64,000 nt of DNA, taken from NCBI GenBank assembly GCA_963776345.1, contig CAVZMH010000019.1, forward strand, positions 128,001 through 192,000, given 5' to 3'. The notes beneath the pieces were generated by a model. That model ran no database searches. It saw only the letters and a program-made list of their open reading frames with translations, and was not told where the DNA came from. This DNA is from an uncultured delta proteobacterium (GTDB taxonomy: Bacteria; Myxococcota; Myxococcia; Myxococcales; Myxococcaceae). How positions within the stretch are numbered: position 1 is the first letter of the stretch; each line of letters starts with the position of its first letter. Position numbers and translations under genes: made by a program. Below are positions 57,909 through 64,000 of the stretch, one piece after another.

Positions 57909-58600
57909 TGGCCGGCGACGCCGAGCTGCTCTTCCAGCAGGGGCTCCAGGCCTACGGCCGGGGCGACGTGGCGGCGGCCGAGGACGCCTTCCGCACGCTC
58001 GTCGAGCAGGGCCACGACGGCCCCGACGTCCTCTACAACCTCGGCACCACCGCGCTCGCCCAGGGGAAGATCGGCGAGGCGGTGTACGCGCTGGAGCAGG
58101 CGCGGCGCGCGGGCGGTGGCACGGATGTCGAGGCCAACCTCACCATCGCCCGGGGGCGACAGCTGGATCAGCTGGTGGGCGCCCAGGGCGAGGAGCCCTT
58201 CGTGGAGCGGGTGGCCGCGGCCACCTCTCCGGGGCTGTCGGGCGGGCTGTTCGCCGGGCTCTGGGCGCTCGGGTTCCTGCTGCTGGCGGCGAGGAGGATG
58301 CTGGGCCGCTGGCGGGGGTGGCTGCTCGGAGGGGCGATGTCGGCCCTGGCGCTGAGCGTCCCCGCCGGCGCGGTGCTGGGCGCCCACCTCTGGAGCCAGG
58401 AGGCGGTGCACGAGGGGGTGGTGCTCGCCCGGACCCTCCCGGTCCACGAGGTGCCGGAGGCCCGGAGCAAGGTCTCGTTCGAGCTCCACCCGGGGGTGAA
58501 GCTCCGGATGCTCGACCGCTCCGGGGACTTCGTCCGGGTGCGGCTCCCCAACGGTCTCGAGGGCTGGACGGACCCCGCGGGGGTGTCGCCACTGCGTTGA
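57908..58600 (+). CDS. batE: BatE-like TPR + SH3 protein
   Basis: LYNLG TPR, two TM helices, FELHPGVK...NGLEGW. Confidence 0.82.
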   Translation: MAGDAELLFQQGLQAYGRGDVAAAEDAFRTLVEQGHDGPDVLYNLGTTALAQGKIGEAVYALEQARRAGGGTDVEANLTIARGRQLDQLVGAQGEEPFVERVAAATSPGLSGGLFAGLWALGFLLLAARRMLGRWRGWLLGGAMSALALSVPAGAVLGAHLWSQEAVHEGVVLARTLPVHEVPEARSKVSFELHPGVKLRMLDRSGDFVRVRLPNGLEGWTDPAGVSPLR

Positions 58601-58650
58601 GGTCCTTGCCTCCGGCGCGAGCGTGCTACATCTCGGGGCTCGACCCTCTC

Positions 58651-59055
58651 GTGGAATCCCGCTCTCCGTTCCGGATCCTGGTGGTGGAGGACGAGCCCGT
58701 CATCCGGGAGCTCGTGCGGAGCATGCTCGACGACGGGCCGGTGGAGGTGGAGACCGCCGGAAACGGCGCCGACGGGCTCCGGCGGGCGCGCGAGTCCCGG
58801 TTCGACCTGGTGCTGCTCGACGTGGTGCTCCCCGGAATGGACGGGCTGACCGTCTGCCGCATGCTGAAGGCCGACCCGGCCACCGCGTCCACTCCGCTCT
58901 ACATGCTCACCGCCAAGACGCGCCGGAGCGACCTCGAGGCCGCGCTGGCGGCGGGGGCCAACGGGTACATCCACAAGCCCTTCCGGGGCTCCGAGCTGAT
59001 GGAGCTGGTGGAGCGGCTGCGGACCGGCGAGGGCGGGACCGTAGGGGATAGCTGA
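58651..59055 (+). CDS. Single-domain response regulator
   Basis: ILVVEDE, LLDVVLPGMDG, MLTA, KPF. Confidence 0.9.
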   Translation: MESRSPFRILVVEDEPVIRELVRSMLDDGPVEVETAGNGADGLRRARESRFDLVLLDVVLPGMDGLTVCRMLKADPATASTPLYMLTAKTRRSDLEAALAAGANGYIHKPFRGSELMELVERLRTGEGGTVGDS

Positions 59056-59135
59056 CTGCGGCCGCCCTGACCTCGCCGACCATAGGGCCCGACGAGCCCC
59101 TGACCCGGATCTCGACTGCGGCCGCCCTGACCTAG
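59050..59135. repeat. REP-like repeat cluster, same family as 11114-11155
   Basis: GACTGCGGCCGCCCTGACCT at 59054-59073 and 59114-59133, partial CCCTGACC between them. Confidence 0.8.
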
Positions 59136-59458
59136 GGGAGCCGCGGGTGGAGGAAGCGGGCGAGGGCGAAGAGGTCGTCCCAGTCCAGCCCGTCGAACTC
59201 CAGCGCCACGCCGGTGGCGTCCTGGCGGACCACCGAGCAGCGGAGCTGCACCAGCCGGTCGCCCGGGAGCGGAAGGGCCACGGTGAGCGACTGGCCCAGG
59301 GGCGCGCGGAGCCCGAGCACGCGCAGACCGGCGAGCGAGATGTCCTCGGCCACGGCCTGGCGGAGCATCCCCGGGCCGCGGATCTCCACCGGCAGGTGGG
59401 CGGCCACGCGCGGGTGCTGGCGTTCGCGGAGTGAACCGAGGTCGGGGGAGTCCGGCAT
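59132..59458 (-). CDS. Stand-alone PilZ domain protein
   Basis: RERQHPR and DISLAG motifs. Confidence 0.85.
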   Translation of the reverse strand: MPDSPDLGSLRERQHPRVAAHLPVEIRGPGMLRQAVAEDISLAGLRVLGLRAPLGQSLTVALPLPGDRLVQLRCSVVRQDATGVALEFDGLDWDDLFALARFLHPRLP

Positions 59459-59688
59459 GGCGGGGCTCCAGCGTGAAGCGACGAGTCGGGCGAGGAGTGT
59501 GAGGGAGGTCGGCCGCCCGGGCAACTTTCCCTCGACCCCACACCCCGGGGGCAGCGCAGTCCGTCTCGCGGCCCGGGCGCTCCGTCCCGCCCGACGGAGT
59601 GTTTCCGCGGGCGTTTCAGGGGGCTGGAGGGCGGGCACGGTCCGTGAACTGGCCTCCGCCGGTCACCGGGGTGAGGGGGGAGGACACG

Positions 59689-60081
59689 ATGGAGACGCCA
59701 GCGGTCACGGGAAGCGGCGCGACGCAGCCGCCGCAGAAGAAGGGGTTCGGGGACATCCTCGGCTCGGCCCTCGGCGGGTTCGCGAGAGGAGCGGGGGGCG
59801 CGCTGTCGGTGCTCTCGCCGCCGGCGGCGCTGGTCGGGGGTCTCGTCTCGGGGGTGGCGTCGGCCGTCTCGGCGCTCACCGGGGGCGGCGGCGCCCCGGC
59901 GCCGATCCGCTCGGACGCAGACCTGCTCGCGCTCCTGTCGCAGCCCGGGGAGCTGAGCAGCCAGGACTACCTGCGCATCCAGCAGTACATGCAGGCCGAG
60001 GCGCAGCAGTTCACCGCGGTGTCCAACGTCCTCAAGGTGCGCTCGGACTCGGCGAAGGCGGCCATCAACAACATCCGCTAG
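59689..60081 (+). CDS. T3SS needle (SctF)-like protein with Gly/Ala-rich N-terminus
   Basis: GGAGG RBS; C-terminal QQYMQ...SNVLKVRSDSAKAAINNIR; first gene before sctI-like and sctJ. Confidence 0.6.
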   Translation: METPAVTGSGATQPPQKKGFGDILGSALGGFARGAGGALSVLSPPAALVGGLVSGVASAVSALTGGGGAPAPIRSDADLLALLSQPGELSSQDYLRIQQYMQAEAQQFTAVSNVLKVRSDSAKAAINNIR

Positions 60082-60083
60082 CC

Positions 60084-60464
60084 ATGGCCATCGAGCGCGT
60101 CGCGACAGCGAGCATCGTCCCTGCCCCGGACCGGGCGCGCGGCGCCTCACCCGCGCCCTTCGAGCTGCAGCGCCGGGAACGGCCGCCCCCGGCGCCGGCC
60201 CCGCTGGAGGTCGAGCCCCACCGGGTGGCGCCGACCAGGAAGCCCCGGGTCGATCCCGGTGCATGGCTGGGCCGGGTGGCGGCGGCCCAGGCGCGGATGG
60301 ACCGCATCCTCGCCCTCGCGGCGTCGGGGCGGACGTTCTCCCCGGCGGAGCTGCTCTTGCTCCAGGCCGGGGTGGCGGAGGCGAGCCAGACGGTGGACCT
60401 CGCCGGCAAGGTGCTGGACCGGGTCAGCGGCGGGGTGAAGACGCTGCTCCAGACGCAGGTGTGA
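60084..60464 (+). CDS. T3SS inner-rod (SctI/HrpB2)-like protein
   Basis: SPAELLLLQ...DLAGKVLDRVSGGVKTLLQTQ; directly upstream of sctJ. Confidence 0.7.
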   Translation: MAIERVATASIVPAPDRARGASPAPFELQRRERPPPAPAPLEVEPHRVAPTRKPRVDPGAWLGRVAAAQARMDRILALAASGRTFSPAELLLLQAGVAEASQTVDLAGKVLDRVSGGVKTLLQTQV

Positions 60465-61660
60465 CGGTGCGCCCTGCTCTCCTCGCGGTGGTGGCGCTGG
60501 CGGTCTCCTGCGCGTCGCGCGTGCAGCACGGGCTGGACGAGCGGCAGGCGAACGAGATCCAGACCGTGCTGATGGAGCGCGGCTTCCGGGCAGCCAAGGT
60601 GGTGGAGGACGGCCGGCCCCCCACCTGGGCGGTGGAGGTGGAGTCCGCCGACGCCGCCGACGCGGTGCGAGTGCTGGCCGAGCAGGGGCTTCCGCGGGCA
60701 CGTCCGGCGGGCGTCCGGGAGCTGCTCAAGCCCGGGCTGGTGCCGGACCCGGTGGAGCAGCATGCGCTCCTGCTCGAGGCGCAATCCGGAGAGCTGGCGC
60801 GCACGCTCGAGGCGGTGGACGGAGTGGTGTCGGCCCGGGTGCACCTGGTCCGTCCGCAGGCCACCCGCTCCGGGGCGCCCAGCGCGCCGACGAAGGCCGC
60901 GGTGTTCCTCCGGGCGCAGCCGGCGGCGGCCGCCCATCTCCAGGCGATGCGCGACGAGCTCCGGGCGCTGGTGGCCGGCTCGGTCGAGGGCCTCGAGTCC
61001 GCCGCGGTGACGCTGGTCGTCTCCGAGGTGGTGTCCACGGTTCCGCCCCGGGCGCCTGCGCCGGCGCGGTCCGGCTGGGGGCCGGCCCTGCTCGGGGCCC
61101 TGGTGCTCGTGCTCGGGATCGGCGCCGTCGGGGGTTACCTGCTGCTCCACCGTCGTGCTCGCCCGGGGAGCGCGCCCTCGCCGGCGGGGGCGACGCCTCG
61201 CGCTCCGCCCGGTGGTGCAGGCGCCGCTGGCGCGGAGGGAGACCGGATGAGCCACGACCGCGAGGATGGCGGGCGACGACTCCCCGGCGGAATGCGATCG
61301 GCGTCGCCGACCGTCCCCGCGCAGGGCCTCGAGCTCGAGGCCCTGGTCCACCTGGTGCACGCGCTGGGCGGGGCACGCGCCGGGGCGCTGCTCTCGGGGC
61401 TGGCGGACCCGCTCCGCCAGCGCGCGCTGGCGCTGAAGCGCTCGGTCGAGCGAAGAAGCCAGGCCGAGCGCCACGCCGTGCTGGCCGTGGCCTTCGCCCC
61501 CCGGGAGCCGGGGCCGAGCGCGCCGGGAATTCCGGGCGCCCTGGGCGACCGGGTCCGGGCCCTGTTCGCCAGGAGGGGCGTCCCGGCCGGCGCGGCCGCG
61601 TCCGAGCGCCTGGAGCGCTGGGCGCGGCGCCTCGCCCGCGAGCTGGCCGACCGCCCGTGA
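60461..61660 (+). CDS. sctJ: SctJ (YscJ/HrcJ) ring lipoprotein, in frame with a downstream SctK-like helical domain (internal ATG at 61247)
   Basis: Lipobox AVSC, GLDERQANEI, GLP, ELARTL..VDGV.SARVHL, LVAGSVEGL, TM. Confidence 0.82.
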   Translation: MTVRPALLAVVALAVSCASRVQHGLDERQANEIQTVLMERGFRAAKVVEDGRPPTWAVEVESADAADAVRVLAEQGLPRARPAGVRELLKPGLVPDPVEQHALLLEAQSGELARTLEAVDGVVSARVHLVRPQATRSGAPSAPTKAAVFLRAQPAAAAHLQAMRDELRALVAGSVEGLESAAVTLVVSEVVSTVPPRAPAPARSGWGPALLGALVLVLGIGAVGGYLLLHRRARPGSAPSPAGATPRAPPGGAGAAGAEGDRMSHDREDGGRRLPGGMRSASPTVPAQGLELEALVHLVHALGGARAGALLSGLADPLRQRALALKRSVERRSQAERHAVLAVAFAPREPGPSAPGIPGALGDRVRALFARRGVPAGAAASERLERWARRLARELADRP

Positions 61661-61737
61661 GCCAGCACCCGATCGGTCAAGCGCGAGCGGCGAGCAGGGC
61701 CGTCCTCCTGTCAGCCATGCCGCGGCGGCGGCCAGAC

Positions 61738-63363
61738 TCAGGGCACCACCCAGCCCGTGTCCGCCACGAGCGCCGGACCCTCCGCCTTGGCGAAGTGGAC
61801 GATGTGGCCACCCTTCGAGGCGAAGCGCTGGCCCGGAGCGAGCCCGAGCCGCGGGTAGTACCCGTTCACCAGGCGGTGGCTGAGCATCATCTCCACGCGT
61901 TCCACCAGGTAGTCGCGCACGAAGCTGTCCAGCATGTGTCCGAGCGTCTCGGAGAGGATGACGCAGGAGAGGTAGGTGTCCGTCTGCACGCGCTCGGCCA
62001 CCACCGGGAGGTGGCGCACCCGGAACCAGCCCAGTGGAAAGTCCATCCGCACCTTCCGGACGTCGGGCAGGTCGAACGGGTAGGTCAGGCGCGCCACGTC
62101 TCTCCACGCCCCCGGCAGCAGGGCGCGCTCCAGGCCGCCCATCAGCCCCGAGACGTAGACCGCGCCGGCCCGAGGTGGCGTGGCCGGCAGGAGCGCGAGG
62201 TCCGGAGCACGCAGCCACAGCACGACCGTGTCCTCCGGTCCGGTGTCCCGGAGCGCCTCCTCGAGCTGCTGCGCCCCCGCCTCCGGGGCGAGTGCCCGGG
62301 AGACCTGCGCGAGCCCGGCCGCGCGCCTCGTCGCGCCCAGGGCCCTCGCCGCGTCCTCGCCGATGTCGCCCGTTCGGTAGAGCTGGATCAGCCTGGGTCG
62401 AGCGGGGCGCGCGCCCGGGGCGGAGAGCCTCCCGGCGATCAGGTCCGCCTCCAGCAGGACGCCCCTGGAGAAGTAGACGGGGTAGAAGTCCCGCTCGGCG
62501 ACGACCGGAAGGTCGGTGTTGGGGAGGAGGCAGGGGAGCTCGGAGCTCTCGCAGAACCGGTGGACGGGGGCCCAGGTCCTCCCCCCGATGCCGGAGATGA
62601 CCGCGAAGACCGGCTCGGCCGCGAGCCGCTCGTCGAGCTGCCGCTCCCAGGTTTCCGGCGGCCCCTGGAGCTCCCAGACGTGCAGCTGCCACTTTCGGAG
62701 CACGCGGTACATCACCCCCCGGCTCGACTGCATCGGCCGGCTCTCGCCCCGGTAGCCGGCGTTCTTGTCGGCGAAGAACTGCTGCAGGACGTCCAGCATG
62801 CCCTTGCGCGCGGTGGGGTCGGCGTCCGGGGCGACGATGGTGGCGAAGTGGAGCGTGTCCCGGCTGACGCCCGGCTCCGGATCGGCGGTGAGCCGCCCGA
62901 GGTAGGCGACGAGCGAGGTCATGGTGGCGTCGTCCAGCCGGTAGCGGGGCATGAGGTACGCCAGCTTCTTGCCCCGCGGGTCCAGCCCCTCGCGGATGGC
63001 GCGGGCCAAGGTCGCCTCGGTGTACGCGTCGCGACGGGGCACGTAGCCCTGCACGTGCGGCATGGCCTCGTCCTCGACGATGCGCGCCCCGGGCCGGAAG
63101 AGGTACCGCCCGATGATGGGTGGGATGACGCTCTGCCCCTCCCAGCTCCCGAGCCCGCTCCGGCGGTGGCAGGTGGCGCAGGCGGCCGCCTGGCCCTTCA
63201 CCCCCACCCCGCCCTCGCGCTCGCCCCGGAGCGGCTGGCCCGAGGGGAGCACCCCCTCGCGGTACAGGCGCTCGCCCGCGGACGGACCGGCGGCGCGCGC
63301 CGGCGCCGGAGCCGAGGCGAGCGACAGCGCCACAAGGGACAGGGCCCGGACGGCCAGGGACAT
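61738..63363 (-). CDS. Cytochrome c fused to a periplasmic-binding-protein-like domain
   Basis: Signal peptide, CATCH, MPRY axial Met, PVFAVISG...PCLLP; ATG at 63363. Confidence 0.8.
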   Translation of the reverse strand: MSLAVRALSLVALSLASAPAPARAAGPSAGERLYREGVLPSGQPLRGEREGGVGVKGQAAACATCHRRSGLGSWEGQSVIPPIIGRYLFRPGARIVEDEAMPHVQGYVPRRDAYTEATLARAIREGLDPRGKKLAYLMPRYRLDDATMTSLVAYLGRLTADPEPGVSRDTLHFATIVAPDADPTARKGMLDVLQQFFADKNAGYRGESRPMQSSRGVMYRVLRKWQLHVWELQGPPETWERQLDERLAAEPVFAVISGIGGRTWAPVHRFCESSELPCLLPNTDLPVVAERDFYPVYFSRGVLLEADLIAGRLSAPGARPARPRLIQLYRTGDIGEDAARALGATRRAAGLAQVSRALAPEAGAQQLEEALRDTGPEDTVVLWLRAPDLALLPATPPRAGAVYVSGLMGGLERALLPGAWRDVARLTYPFDLPDVRKVRMDFPLGWFRVRHLPVVAERVQTDTYLSCVILSETLGHMLDSFVRDYLVERVEMMLSHRLVNGYYPRLGLAPGQRFASKGGHIVHFAKAEGPALVADTGWVVP

Positions 63364-63968
63364 CAGCGGGTGGCGACCAGCTCGCGGAACTCCCTGATCA
63401 GGTCCTCGGACGAGGCGAACCCGTCGATCCGCACCCACGGCTGACCGGGCGCGGCGCGCAGGAAGGTGACCGGCGTGTGGTCCATCTTGTCGCCGCGGTA
63501 CGCCTTGAACGCCCGCTGCGTGGCCACGCTCGCCTCCACCGTGCCGGTGTAGAAGCGCCACTGGGGTCCGGCGTGGAACTGCCTGGCGTAGGCGGCGAGC
63601 CGGGGCGGGGTGTCCTGCTCGGGGTCGATGGAGATGGACACCATGTGCACCTTGCCCCGCTCGTTCCCCAGCTTCGCCTGGAGCTGGGCGAAGGTCTGGC
63701 TCATCACCGGGCAGATGCTGGCGCAGGTGGTGAAGATGAAGTTCAGGACCACCGGCCGCCCGTCGTCGAGCTCCCGGGCGAGCGAGACCGACTTCCCGTC
63801 CTCACGCACCAGCTCCACCTGGGGCAGGGCGACCTCGGTCGTGGACCGGGTCGCGCGCTTCATGGCCACGTGGTGACCGCCGTGGCAGTCCTCGTCCGCC
63901 GCCCGCGCCCCGCGAACCGGCAGGAGGGCGAGGACGACCGCCAGCGTGCCCGGGACCACAGCTCTCAT
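63363..63968 (-). CDS. SCO/SenC copper chaperone
   Basis: FIFTTCASICP (CxxxC), SISIDPEQDTP, W.FYTG, DH. Confidence 0.9.
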   Translation of the reverse strand: MRAVVPGTLAVVLALLPVRGARAADEDCHGGHHVAMKRATRSTTEVALPQVELVREDGKSVSLARELDDGRPVVLNFIFTTCASICPVMSQTFAQLQAKLGNERGKVHMVSISIDPEQDTPPRLAAYARQFHAGPQWRFYTGTVEASVATQRAFKAYRGDKMDHTPVTFLRAAPGQPWVRIDGFASSEDLIREFRELVATR

Positions 63969-64000
63969 GACCACCTCTCGAGGGAACGCCACGACCCCGG

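Noticed and set aside
60084..60464. 'ATP-dependent helicase HrpB' label sometimes given to such proteins
   Set aside because: 126 aa with no helicase motifs; the resemblance is to the T3SS HrpB2/SctI C-terminus
60461..61250. Flagellar M-ring FliF
   Set aside because: Short lipoprotein form with an sctI-like neighbour and no flagellar genes; fits SctJ

Overview
Very GC-rich (visually ~70-75%) bacterial chromosomal DNA. Gene content and order point to a myxobacterium (Myxococcota): AgmX/GYF protein, PEGA Ser/Thr kinase, single-domain PilZ proteins, Bat operon and a myxobacterial-type T3SS cluster. Core blocks: S41 protease, GT2, ftsY, rnpB, rnhA, zinc-ribbon gene; a nucleoside-catabolism run (deoC, PGM2-like mutase, deoA, punA, cdd) interleaved with AgmX-like, DksA-like, PilZ and beta-barrel genes; a PspA/IM30 - SBP - membrane coiled-coil module followed by a kinase and an AAA+ ATPase; M1 peptidase, MltD, UshA-like tetraheme cytochrome, Fis, MscS; a NorR-like activator divergent from ahpC-ahpD; an accessory stress/peptidase region; a complete MoxR-DUF58-Bat operon; a short T3SS-like cassette (needle-like, inner-rod-like, SctJ fused to an SctK-like domain); and an SCO + cytochrome c/SBP pair. 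I saw no tRNA, rRNA, CRISPR array or transposase. Several single-base frameshifts may be assembly errors. The best candidates for novelty are the SctF-like protein in the T3SS cassette, the PspA module, and the NorR-like regulator with a degenerate GAFTGA loop. All calls are from motif recognition by eye; no searches were run.
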